Program-made: the position numbers and the translations under genes
Notes under the pieces: model-generated
Told to the model about the DNA's origin: nothing
The model's input: only the letters and a program-made list of their open reading frames with translations
Database searches by the model: none
DNA from: Geosiphon pyriformis uo1
Taxonomy: Eukaryota; Fungi; Glomeromycota
Reading direction: 5' to 3'
Assembly: GCA_016748015.1 (NCBI GenBank)
Contig: JAAOMT010000468.1
Location: 496,001 to 560,000 of the forward strand
Length of the DNA stretch: 64,000 bases
In this document: one piece after another, positions 41,001 through 53,643 of the stretch
Layout: each line of letters begins with the position of its first letter
How positions within the stretch are numbered: position 1 is the first letter of the stretch

Positions 41001-43577
41001 TTTTTTGATAACCTTCTGGTGGACATGGTTTGCATTCTTTTAGAGTGCAATTTGTTCTTAGGTGGCTCTTTTAACAATTTTTTTTATTTTTGTTGTGTGC
41101 TTATGTCTACTATTCTTGGTAAGTCAAAATTTTTCAAGTGTTTCTCATCTTTCCGGAGATATGGCATTGTCTTTGTGGATCAACTTTGTAATTGTCATAA
41201 TGTTGTTTATAATTGGTACACTTTCAAGTGGTGGAAAAAATTGGACCCCTGCAGTTCTATTCCTAAGTGGTTTAAGCTTTTTGCTGCATTTTTTGATGGC
41301 ATGACCTCTTTTTCTGCACATCCTACTGTTTTGAATAGTGTTGGTTTTCTGAGTATTCTTAAGTCTTGTGACTTTAACTCTGTTTGTGATTGGCTTTTTT
41401 GGATTGTTTCTGGCAGTTTTTTAGTGTATATGAATGAGTCTCTGTAGAATTTAAGTATGGTTAATATGAGGACTGGTGCTGCAGTTTTTTTTGAAGACAT
41501 TGATTTGGGTTTAGATATAGGTGTTTTGGGCTTAATGTCATCCATCTTGACAGAGTTGTAAGCTATTACATTGACTCTGGAGTGTGTTCTTCTTTTTAGT
41601 TCTGTTTGCTTGTTTTCAGATAGTCAATTTGCTTTGGATGCTTGTAAGTTGGAACTGGATTTGATGTTTTCAGACTTTTGCAATTAATATTGGATTGAAC
41701 ATCAACATATTGCTAATGTTGTTCACAGTAAAAATTTAAGAGTTTCTTAACTCAAGATAAAAGGCCACTCTGGTATTTTGAAGAATGAGTGTGCTGATGT
41801 ATTTGCTGATGTCACTTTTCTCTCTGATTGGTATCTTCCTTCCCATTTGGATAAATGTTTTTTAGTAGCTGATGGTTATATGGTTTCTGACAACTCTAGA
41901 CATTTTGTTCATGATGTTTTTTGTTTTATTAGTTGTGTCCATTGGGAGATTGGTTCTGGTTCTACATTTTTGGATGTTAATCTGCATTTTAACATTGATT
42001 GGCTCAGCTTTTCATTGGTGTGGCATCCTGATTTGCACATGGCCACTGGTTTTACTAGCAAGCCTATAGCTTCTACATGTACTTATTTTATGAAGGCTTT
42101 GTATTATTGGCTGCCTATTGCTGTTTAGAAGTGTTTGTATAACCACTGTTATTCTAGTGTATTGTGTTTGTATTGTGGTGTTATGGAGGTATCAAATTAT
42201 GCTTTTTTTTGTAACGTTAATGATTCTACTTACCTTCAAATTTTGAATATCTTTGTAGCTTCTTGGAAGACTCTTTCTGGCCTTTTTCATTCTTCATCAT
42301 GTGTGTTATAGCTGTTATTGTTCAGTATTTCTAATGCCTCTGTTTCTATGGCTCTCTTTAAGGGTTTTGTTTTTGATGGTTGGCTTTGTGAGACCACCTC
42401 TGTTTTTTGTGATTCCAAGGTTGCTAGTTCAAAAATTGTTGAGTTTGTGCATTCTTTCTGTCTCACTTTTAGGGACAATGTCTGGTTGGTTTGTACTAAA
42501 CATCATGCTTATATGGAAAAAAATGGTCTGATTTTACTGGATGGGTCAGTTTTTGTTTTAGTTTTTGGTTTGGCTTTGGGGTTATCAACTGGTATGGTGT
42601 TATGGTTTAAGAATTTAGCAAAAAGAATCATAAAAATAATACAAACTATTCAATTATAATATAGCACAGTAATAATCTTAGAAAGGTAATAATTAACATA
42701 GTAGCAAACACCATCTCGCAATAGTGGCAAGCACCAGTTCACAATAGCAGCCAACACCAACTGGTGATAGCAGCAAGCACCAGGTTGAAATATCAAAAAG
42801 AAAGTATTTTCTCATAGAACTACAAACATGTATATATACAGTAGTTTTAATATTGGGAAAGAATCAATCAAGTAATAAAAATCATAACTTATCAAGCAAC
42901 AGATCCAATTTTATCCAACAAACTCCACTTTAAATCATACTTTCAAATTAAATATCCCAAGAAACCTTTAAAAATCAAAAAGAAATGAAAAAGAATATTT
43001 AAAACGGAACTATCACAATCCAAAGTATTAAGAAACTTACTTGTATTATTTATTGAATGAAACTATCATTCATCAACTGAATCCCTTGGAAGAATAATCC
43101 TTGATCAAGATTATTCACGTTGTTACTAATTGATAAAAGCTTTATTGTGAGAATTAGAAAAGCGCTAAAGACCATTAACATTCTGTGTTTCTAGATTAGA
43201 GAAACACATCAGGCAATTGCAAGGATAGCCTCAGAGAAGACCCCAGACAGTGGGTAGATTTCAGTTCAGCCTCTGAGAAGGAGTACATAAACACACACAA
43301 CAATCAAGAATTAAAGAATAACTTACATCACAACAGTAAAAAAAAGCCTTCAGTGTAACAGTAACATTATCACACAAATAGAATTGAGGAACTCACGAAA
43401 GACTGATTGCAATTAAAGCAGGATATCAGCAATTAAATATAACAAGAAAACCATCCCGTAACAATAGTCAGATTGCTTGGCATTGCTGAAGCATTTGGTG
43501 TTCACTTTGACTTTTATAAACCTTGTTTATTTTTTTCAGATATTGGTAATTATGTTTTGGTTCATATAGTTAAGTAA
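38057..43577 (+). pseudogene. LINE D ORF2, heavily degraded, interrupted near its end by an insertion
   Basis: WKIATCNVR, RT remnants (GAFVDN), RNase H remnants (KGHSGILKNECAD); start ATG mutated to ATA. Confidence 0.87.
42598..43463. mobile_element. Solo LTR-like insertion of a second, unrelated family
   Basis: TGTTATGG..CCGTAACA inverted termini, 4-bp TSD atgg/atag; LINE ORF2 (..STGM|VRLLG..) is continuous when it is removed; no internal similarity to the other LTRs. Confidence 0.8.
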
Positions 43578-44547
43578 TGTTGTCTTAATTGATTTAAGTG
43601 ACTAGTCGTGTATAGAAAATACATGATTCACATCTAGCTTAGATTATTTCTATGATGTATAGTTTTAGGCAGTGTTTGGACTTCACTCATTAAATAATAA
43701 TAATAATAATAATAATATTTTATAATTTATTAAAATACATATAATATTATAAGTAAATATATAATATTCCTGTATACTAGATAGTAATTGGACTGTACTT
43801 GTTAATAAATATAATAAATATATATATATATAATTAAATAATTTATAAATTAGTACTGTAATTTAATAAGTTTTTTATATAATAAACAATACTTAATTTT
43901 TATTTTTTTAGTATAATAATTGATTTATTTTGGTGTTGTTATCCAAGTAAAAAAACAAATTAAAAATTGGAAAAAATATAATTATTATGTAAAAACACAA
44001 AATAACATAAAATAATGTAAAATAATATAGAATAACATAAAATAATATAAAATAATATACAATAATATAAAATAGTACAAAATAACTAATAATAATATAG
44101 AATAATTAATTATAATATAAAAAAACAAAACAAAAGCTAACATAGTAAACAATAGTTAGTAATAATAAACAATTAAAAACAATCTTATAAAACTAAAAAA
44201 TATGTATAAAAATAAATAGTTTTAACAAATAAAAAAAGAATAAACAAGAATTAAATCTATTTTAATATTTTATTTTTAGCCAGAAAATTTTTTTATCTCT
44301 TTCTTTTTTATATTTTTTATCAAACAAAAAAACAAAAAAATATTATTATTTAATTTTCAAATCTTATAAGTTTGAAACTTATTATTAAAATTTAATTACC
44401 TGTTTTATTTATTTTTGTTTTAGATTAGATATAATTAGCATAAACATTTTAATAACTTAAATTAATTACTTTTGATTATAACAATTAACAAAATACTAAA
44501 TTTTTTTCTTTTTTTTATAATTTTTTTTATTTTTTCTTGTAAAATAG

Positions 44548-45383
44548 TGTTACTCATAAAAAAAAAACAAATATAGAAAAATAATAAGCCAATAAAAAAG
44601 TAGTAGTTAGCACATAAGCACATTGCTTAGCAATGTGGAGCAATATCAGAAATCACAGCACATCACTTAGCAATGTAGAACAATGTCAAGAAAATATGGC
44701 ACATTGCTAAGCAATGTAAGCATTACTTAAGAAATTATAACACATCACTCGAGAATGTAAGTGATCTTATAGAATTCAAATTATGTATATATAGTGGTAG
44801 CATTAAAAGTAGAAAAGACAGACCTCTTAGTTTAGATTTTATCTAAGCAACTTTTTAATTCACAAATATCAATAAATAATTATTTACTATCTTAATTCAC
44901 TCTCTACTATCAACATGAAGTGTTGATAGTAATTGATACTTAACTACACTGGAACAATAGCTCTTAATTATGGCTATTGACGGGATACTAACTTACAATT
45001 GCTTTTGTTATTTCTTTATCTTCTTTTATTTTATTTTTTTTGTTATTTTTGTGATTTTACTAAATTGATTAAGGATTAAGTACTAAGATACAGATGTCAT
45101 AGTGACTGGTAAAAAATCCATAAAACAAGGGTAGAACACTCATAGATTTAAGGATAGCTTACCAGAAGGATTACCAGCCACTATGCTGAGAAAAAAATTT
45201 GACAGAATTGCAATTCCAGAAGGCTACTGAAAACAATTGTTAAATCTCTGTCTATTATACAAAAGACTCTACAACAAATCTTTAAATCAATAAAACCTTC
45301 AGATATCTATGCCAAAGTACTACTCAAACACCAAGTTATGGATTTGTTATTTGTTTTAAGACCTCAAATAATCATCTGTAACA
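44548..45383 (+). repeat. 5' LTR of Gypsy copy 2 (CCAAT, palindrome array, TATA-like GTATATATAG)
   Basis: Direct repeat of 53644-54378. Confidence 0.93.
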
Positions 45384-45385
45384 TT

Positions 45386-45403
45386 TGGTGCTCTCTGTGA
45401 GGT
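45386..45403 (+). promoter_or_regulatory. Primer-binding site TGGTGCTCTCTGTGAGGT
   Basis: Begins TGG 2 nt after the LTR end; conserved in copy 1. Confidence 0.9.
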
Positions 45404-45445
45404 ATAATCTTACAGAGAACCAGCACCAACAACCTTATCTAAACA

Positions 45446-48400
45446 GTGGCAGAATCTGAAGAAATAGAAACAAACCACTTGAGATTTGCAAAATTCTTAT
45501 TTCAATACTATCATATTCATCTCGAATTAACAAATAATAGTTGGCCAACAGAATCAGCTTTTAATTGCTATGTCAACAAAAGAATTGTATACCATTTAGA
45601 AAGCCAAAGAAATCCAGAATCCGCTTTTAACAACTTCTTCAATAAATTGCTCCAAAGCACCATCCTTCCACAAAACTACCTATTTACATTTCTAATTACA
45701 GAAATAAACAGAGAAATTAAAAAATACACCAAACAAAGATTTTCTATCACTTTTGCCGACAAAGAAAAAGGAAGGTTACAAACACCAGTAGAAATGCCAA
45801 AACAAATCCAACTACCCACTTGGAAGAAACAAAAATTTGATTCACCTGCTAATCTATCATATTACCACACACCCAGAAGCACTATCAATATAATAAGCAC
45901 AGTTACAGTAAGCATGACAATGCCGCTAAACAAAATCTCATTCCAAAGTAAACAAAAGAAAGCAGAGTTATTAGGAACATATAACAATTTTTTTGAAGAA
46001 TTTAAATCATGATCCCCAATACCATCAAAAATTTGATCACCACTACCACAACCAAATTTTGAAGCCATTAGTCTTTGGAAAATAACTGACTCTAAGGAAG
46101 AAAAGAGTGGTGATTAGGAAGTTAACAAGTAAAACCCAATTTTAGAAAATTCAGAAATTAAAATTCCAGTTAACCAAACTCTGGAAAATCAGAACAATCA
46201 AAACCCCAACATAATTAACCAATACTTACCTCCAGTAATTGTGATCAATCCACCAATTACTGAATAGCAACAACAGTCACAACTGCTACTTTAACAACAA
46301 ATCCAGCAGCAACCACAACAACAACCAATGGCTTATGCTCCAATCACTAAAATAGAGAAATTTACCAGCGAAAAAAATGATGCCCAAGTATGGCTTAATG
46401 ATATGGAAAAAGCCATCACAGCCAATGGGTGAAACAATAACAGAGTCCTTCAAGTGATTCCCTATTTTCTACAGGATACTACTGACTCGTGGTATCAGAG
46501 TTTAGCCATTAAACCTCAAACATTCCAGAAATTTAAAACTGCATTCTTGGGATATTTCAGTAATAATAACAGCATTAATTACCTGGCCAATGCTTTTACT
46601 ACAATTAAACAAGGAGAAACTAAAGCAGTTACCACTTACTTGAGATGTTTCCACAGGAATTTGCACCAAATTCAAGCAATTCAGACTGATTATTTTATAG
46701 TGCCACAGATTCTAAACCAGTTTATTCATGGATTGTGCAGTAGCCTTTTGCAATACATGTATCTAATGCACCCACAAACTTTCCAAAATGCAGTTACCAA
46801 TGCAAGAGATTTTGAATCAGCAAAACTTGAAGCAAATCATGCTCAAGCCATTAACCTAGTCATGAATGGATCATCTGACTTGGATTCCAAATTGAAACAA
46901 CTCAGTGAATCAATTAATCAGAAATTGGAAGAATACTTAGCTGACAATTGTGTAATTTATCAACTACCACAATAGTGCAATAATTCAAAAAACACAAATT
47001 ATTTTCAAAATCAGTTGCATTTATTATTAAATCAGCCATGGCAACAAGAAACACATATCTGCCATAACTGTGGTAAACAAAGCCACATTAGAGCCAACTG
47101 CTGATTTTATAATAATAACCCATAATTAAAAAATCAATATTAAAATCCTGATTGCCAGTTTCAAGCTCCGAATTATCAACCCAACCTAGCACTATATCAA
47201 CCAAATTATCTATCTATGACACAACAGCCAATCTATTAACCACTAACTTATCAGCCAACAAATCCCATTATTTATCAACCACAGTCTCAATCTATTTATC
47301 AGTTGTAGCCTCAGGTAATTTATCAGCCCCCACCAATTCAAATACCACCACAGAACTTACCTCAAAATAGAACCCAAAGGCCAAGACTGACACAACAAAG
47401 TTGAAGATTGTTAATGGTAGTCCATCAACCAATCTCCAGTTTCTTGATGCAACAATTGGGATCCTGACAATAGAATTTGGGCACTGGGTATGCCCAAAAT
47501 CTGAATTCCCAACACTATTTAAGTTTCTTGGTTACCCTAGAAAATGCCACATCCAATAACCAGGAATCCAGCCAGAAACAGTCACTTCCTAAAAATATTC
47601 CATTAGCAACTATCTCCCATAACAAATCTTTAGCAGCTATTTTTCTTTTTGAACTCAAAGAAATCATGACAGTCTCATTATTCAGTAGAACTGCTCTTGA
47701 CACCAAACTGATTACCACTATATACACTAACATGAAAATTGATGGTCACACTATTAAGCTGATATTAGATAGTAGATCAGTTGGCAGCATCATTACATGA
47801 CAACTCATGAACCAATTAGGTTGCCGATTTGATCATGCTACTAGCACTTGCATAATCACCACTGATGGGGCAACTAAAGCTCCTATTGGTAAAATTGATG
47901 ACTTCTCTTTTGAAGTCAATAGCGTCATCATTCCCATCAAAGTCCTAATGATGAAAGCAACTTAATACCAGGCATTGGTAGGAAATAACTGGTTATCTAA
48001 AACCAATGCCATACTTGACTAGATAACACAGGAACTCTAACTCAGCCAGAATGGTTAACACACATGAGTACCAGTCACGTGTGGCCATTTCAAAAACCCC
48101 AACATGCCAGCACTTCTTATCAAATTCAAGAAAAAAAAGAAGAAACCTACCTGAAAAGCCTATCAAGTATTCTGGGCTGACAAAGACCACAACAAGTTGC
48201 CACTGATACTCTTCTGAGATAACAACAACAAAAGAAAGCAGAAGGAAGAACTTATCTGGAACACTGACCAATCCTGAAAAACTGACCATGATTCAGAAGA
48301 ACCAATAACTTAGAAATGGAATGAGAGAGAGAAAGGGAAAGGAAAAGTGAAGGAAAAAGAGCCATTACCAACTGCCATTCACATTTCTTACACATATACA

Positions 48401-51400
48401 CTACCACAATGATCGAACTATTATCAACCAAAGCTAATATGCATCAATTGTGGCAAGAAATTGTTGTCAATGGGCACATGCTGTGGCAATGATGAAGAAT
48501 ACCAAATGGTGACCAAATTCTACTGCCGTGCATGCATTATAGAACACTTTGAATGACCAAAATGGCAAGGAAAATGGGACAACAAACCTTGTCTAGCTTG
48601 TGGGAAAATCTTACTTGACAAAGGATTGTAAAATAACATTCCTGGTCAAGGAGAAACATGTGATGCTTCGTGCCAGTACACAATCCTCATCAGCAATTGG
48701 GTTGAGAAAAAAACACCAATCAAAACCATTTGGAGAAGAACTATACAGTGATTAGACAATTGTTCACATAATGACAATGAAATATGAAGAATGGCAATAG
48801 CCAAGATAGAAGGAGTGTCACCTAAAAAAATTAGAGAAATCAAAAACAACCTTCCAGAACTCATAGAACTTGACTGGAACCCAGAACCAGTCATAAATCT
48901 TCTAGATCTGGAACAATTTCATAAACACTACCAGGAATTAGCACTCACTAAAAAAGAGCAAAAGTAACACCTAGAGCAATTGAATACTGAACTATGTTAA
49001 TACTGCTTAATTCCCTGTAACTTCCAATATTATAATGAGTGTGATCTCATTTACAATCTACCACCACGCATGATCTACACAATCCCAGAGGAAGAAGAAC
49101 CAATCAACAGCTGCACATCAGAATCAGAATCAACTTTCAATCCTAATTTAAACTCTGACAACAATGATGATGAAAACAATGGTTCCAGCTCTGCTCAATA
49201 TGGCAATAAAAATAACAATGATTTGGATCCTAATTTAAAACCCAAAGCATTTATTGCACTTTTTGACCTTACCAAAGAACAGGAACCTAAATGGTTCAGC
49301 GATAATAGTAAAGATATTATGCCAGAACGCACACATGATACTGATGCAAGGTTTGATCTAAGATATTTAGGAAAAAATGCCATAAAATTGGAACCCCATT
49401 TACACACCTACATTGATCTCAAAATAGCATTGGAAATTTCAGCAACAACAATGGTCCAGTTGGCATCTAGGAGTAGTTTAGCAAAAAAGGGAATCAACAT
49501 CAGAGAAAGAATAATTGACATAAGATATGTAGGAAATATCATTGTTATGCTACAAATGACTCAAAAAAAGCCTATATTATAAAGCCAAATGAAAAAATAG
49601 CACAAGCAATTTTCCTGCCTCTGGTAAAAGTAGCTCAGTTAATATTAGTGGGAAACAGAAAAAAGTTAGGGATTACTGCTAGAGAGATACAGGGATTCGG
49701 ATCAATGGGTAGAATAGACATACCAGTTAATATGGCAGAGGAAGAGATTATTAACAAAGGAAAAATTATCTCAACCTATTAATCAATTTCTATTCTACCA
49801 TATGACTAGTATATGTTAGCCCTAAAAAGAAAAGTAAAAAATCAAGCTCAGTTGTTTAAAGCAGAAGCCACCATTTGTGAATCAGGAGAGATTGGACTTA
49901 CTAATCTCTACATATTAGTCAAAAGCCCCAAAAATATCAAAATTCCCATTTACAACACAATGGAAAGTGTCATTAAAATACCAAAAGGAATCATCATTGG
50001 ATATTTAACCATTGAAGTTAAGGATCAACCACTAAACCACATTCCAGATTTTCTACAGCTTTGTGGATATGTGGATATCATATCACAAACTATTTATGGA
50101 TAAAACAAATGTTATCTGTTCCAACTAGAACAATTGAAACAAATAAATTTGGGAAATTTAGACCCACTTTAACAGATGCAACTTAAGATGTTACTCAACA
50201 ATTTTAATAACATCTTTGCCAGTAAAAATGAATTTGGCAAAACTAACATAATCCAGCACCAGATCAAGACTGAAGATATAATGCCAATAAAACAAAAAGC
50301 ATATAGAGTACCACCAGCTAGCCATGAGATCATTCATCAAGAAATTAATCAAATGCTTGACAACGGGCTAATTCAGTCATCAATGAGTCTATGGTTATCA
50401 CTAGTGGTATTAGTCCAAAAGAAGAATGGAAAGATCCGTTTTTGTGTAGACTATTGAAAACTGAATAAAGTAACTAAAAATGATAGTTATCCAACTCCAA
50501 AGATCCAAAAACTATTCGATGCTTTTAGAGGAAATAAATGGTTTTCGACACTGGACTTAGATAGTGGTTACTGGTAAATAGCCATGCATCCAGCTAACAA
50601 AGAGAAAACAGCATTTACTACCAAAGAGGGAAATTTTGAGTTTGAAGTTATGCCATTTGGCTTGATGAATACTCCAGCAACATTCCAATGGCTTATGAAA
50701 ATTGTCTATACTGAATTACTGTGGAAATCAGTAGTTGTTTACTTAGACAACACCAATGTGTTTTCCAAAACATTTAATGATAATCTACATCATTTTCAAC
50801 AAGTATTTGAAAGGTTGAAAAGAGTGAGATTAAAACCAAATGCCACTAAATACTTCTTTGGAAAAACTGAACTCAAATTTTTGGAATATATTGTGAACAA
50901 AGATGGTATTAAAACAGATCCAGATAAGATAGAGACTGTTAAAAACTTTCCAGTACCAAATAATCTCACAGAATTGAAAGCATTCTTGAGATTTGCTGGA
51001 TACTACTGCTGCTTTATCAAAGACTTTTCCAAAATAACTCAACTACTGGACCAGCTTCAAATAAAGAACACCAAGTATAAATAGACAGAAACCCAGCAAG
51101 AAGCTTTTGATACATTAAAAAGAAAGCTTATTTAAGTTTCAGTACTGATCTATCTAGATCATAACAAGATATTCATCATCACTACTGATGCATTAGGTCA
51201 AACATGGAAAACAGTACTATTACAAAAAGAACCAGATGAAAGAGAACATTCAGTAGCTTACGCCAGTAGAAGCTTAAGTCCAGCTGAAAAAAACTATAGA
51301 ACATCAGCATTAAAACACTTAACAATCTATTGAGCAGTCATGAAATAGAAAAAATACTTAAGCCAAAAGTTTGAAATATACATGAATCACAAAGAATTGA

Positions 51401-51543
51401 CTTCAATCCAGAAGTAAGAATTTGGAAATGACTGCTATGCCAGATGGAAAATAGAATTTTCACTATTTAATTATATAGTACATTATAAAAAAAGAAAAGA
51501 CAACGGAAATGCCAACAGTTTGTTATGAATAAGACAAATCTAA
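45446..51543 (+). pseudogene. Gypsy 2 gag-protease-Cys-rich-dUTPase-RT-RNase H
   Basis: Gag core from MAYAPI (46328); CHNCGKQSHIRANC; LILDSRSVGS; dUTPase ~49320-49710 (DARFDLRY, SRSSLAKKG, IIDIRYVGNI, RGIQGFGS-like); RT 50584..51084; RNase H (TDA, VAYASRSL). Confidence 0.92.
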
Positions 51544-51574
51544 AAACCACTTCAACCCAAAAATATAACAAAAA

Positions 51575-52960
51575 ATGAATATACAAAAATACCAACAACT
51601 TCAACATTATATAAATACCCAATTGTTCAAGAAGAAATTATCTCAAAAGAAACAAAACAACATAAAACAACAATCAAAATATTTTATCAATCATCAAAAT
51701 ATACTGTACCAGAAAAACAGAAGAAATCCAGACCAGTCAACAAGAGTAATTACAGAACCAGAAAAAGAGACAATATTGTTCAATATACACTCAGATCCAA
51801 CAGCAGGACATTTTCATAAAGAAGCAATCATGGAAAAAATTAAAAAAAGATACTATTGGCCATCAATGTATCCAGACATCATTCAATATGTTCAGAATTG
51901 TGATGCTTGTCAGAGAAGAGGAGAAACAAAACCCAATAAATTATTGAGACCAATCAAAGTGGAACAACCATTCAATCAAATTAGAATTGACTTAGTTAGA
52001 CTATTAACAATCACCAGCAGAGGCAACAGATATATTGCAGTAGCCATGGACTATCTCACTAAATGGCCAAAAGCAAAAGCCATTCAAAGAGCAGATGCAA
52101 AATCCATTGCTGAATTTGTTTATCAAGATCTAATCTGTCGACACAGATGTTCAAAAGAATTATTATCAGATCAAAAAACTCACTTTGTAAACAGAACATT
52201 AGCATAATTAAGCCAAAAATTTGGAATAAAAAGACCACTATTATTACCATACCATTCACAAACAAATGGATTAGTTGAAGGATTCAACAGAACACTGTGT
52301 GAAGCAATAGCAAAAATTAGCCAAGAAAACCAGGACAAATGGGATTTGTTTATACCATCAGTATTATTTGTTTATTGAACAATAAAGCAAGATACCACAC
52401 AAACAACACTATTTGAATTGGTATATAGTAGAACAGCAACATTATCAGTTAAGATAAAGATTAATACATATTCAACTAAACCAATAACAGAAGATAATTT
52501 CCAAGAAACATTGTTGAAAAGAACATATAACTTAATAGAAACACTAGAAAACAGACAACAAAAAGCAGCTGATAACATCCAAAAGTCACAAGAAAAGCAA
52601 AAAAAATGACACGATAACCAACTATCAGATAAACCAGTTGAATTCAAGATTGGAAACAAAGTACTTTTACATTATACCAAAGCAGAAAAACAATGGAGTA
52701 GAAAATTTAACTCTAAATGGGATAGACTATTTTACATAGAAGAAATTCTAGGAAATAGAGCTTATAAATTAAGATGGAACAACAAAATCTTAGCCAAAGC
52801 AGCACATGATGATTGACTAAAACCATATTACCATACAGTATCACAATCCACCAGTAATATTCCACAATTAAGAGTACAAAAAATACTAGTTCAATCAAAT
52901 GAGATTCCATGAGATCTGGAACCAATTATAGTTATTGAACCAAACATGTCAAATTGAACA
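51575..52960 (+). pseudogene. Gypsy 2 integrase with its own ATG
   Basis: HSDPTAGH..CDACQ, IDLV, MDYLTKWP, SDQ, YHSQTNGLVEGFN, KWDRLF (degenerate GPF). Confidence 0.92.
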
Positions 52961-52995
52961 ACCAAAAGTATATAAAGACACAATACATAAGAAAA

Positions 52996-53630
52996 ATGGA
53001 AATACCAGATTATATTTACACTATAGCTCAACAATTGTTCTAGGCCTTAAGTCAACAACAGTTAGACATGGAAATTGTTATTAACAACCAAATAATTTGT
53101 TATTAAAACACCCAAAAAAGACAAAGAATACACCATATTAGCGGCCACCAAAGAATGATAAAAACTGAATAGATAACTTAATAGAAAAAATAAAGAACAC
53201 TTTTGGGAAAATATCTATTATAGCACCAACAAAAAAGCTTACAAAAGAAAATTGGAAGCAATAGACAGAACAACTTCCAATATCATATTGCTACTACCAG
53301 TTAAGTCAAAAGTTGAATATTCAGGAGTTGTATATCAACAAATCCAAGAGAATATTCAACCAAGACATAATACAGCAAATTGAAGAATTTATTGGAAAGA
53401 AAACAAACTTAACACTACATGTTAAAACAATGTACCAATTACACAACATATTTCAGAATTATCCAGAAATACTATTACACTCTAACATGAAAACCATAAC
53501 CATTAACCAATGGGGAAGAATAAACAATACACAAATAAAAGATGTGAGAAACAGAGTTGAACAAACAATACTTGAAAAAAAAGTACTAGAATTAATTCAA
53601 AATGAAGATTTTGACAAAGCTTAATATTAA
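52996..53630 (+). pseudogene. Gypsy 2 extra 3' ORF (ORF3, ~210 aa) of unknown function
   Basis: ATG at 52996; 3' part is ORF 53313..53624; conserved at amino-acid level in copy 1. Confidence 0.75.
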
Positions 53631-53641
53631 AAGAAGAAGAT
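53629..53641 (+). promoter_or_regulatory. Polypurine tract
   Basis: AAAAGAAGAAGA just before the 3' LTR. Confidence 0.85.
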
Positions 53642-53643
53642 AA

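Larger units (their letters stand above)
25160..43716 (+). mobile_element. LINE copy D, originally full-length, heavily mutated, carrying three LTR insertions
   Basis: 5' end at 25160-25193 matches the 5' end of copy C and resumes at 35199; ORF1 35296-38060, ORF2 38057-43577, 3' UTR 43578-43694, (TAA)n tail. Confidence 0.88.

Noticed and set aside
52800-52975. Chromodomain at the integrase C-terminus
   Set aside because: No YLVKW-type motif in either copy.
52996-53630. env gene
   Set aside because: Too short; no signal peptide, transmembrane segment or fusion motif visible.
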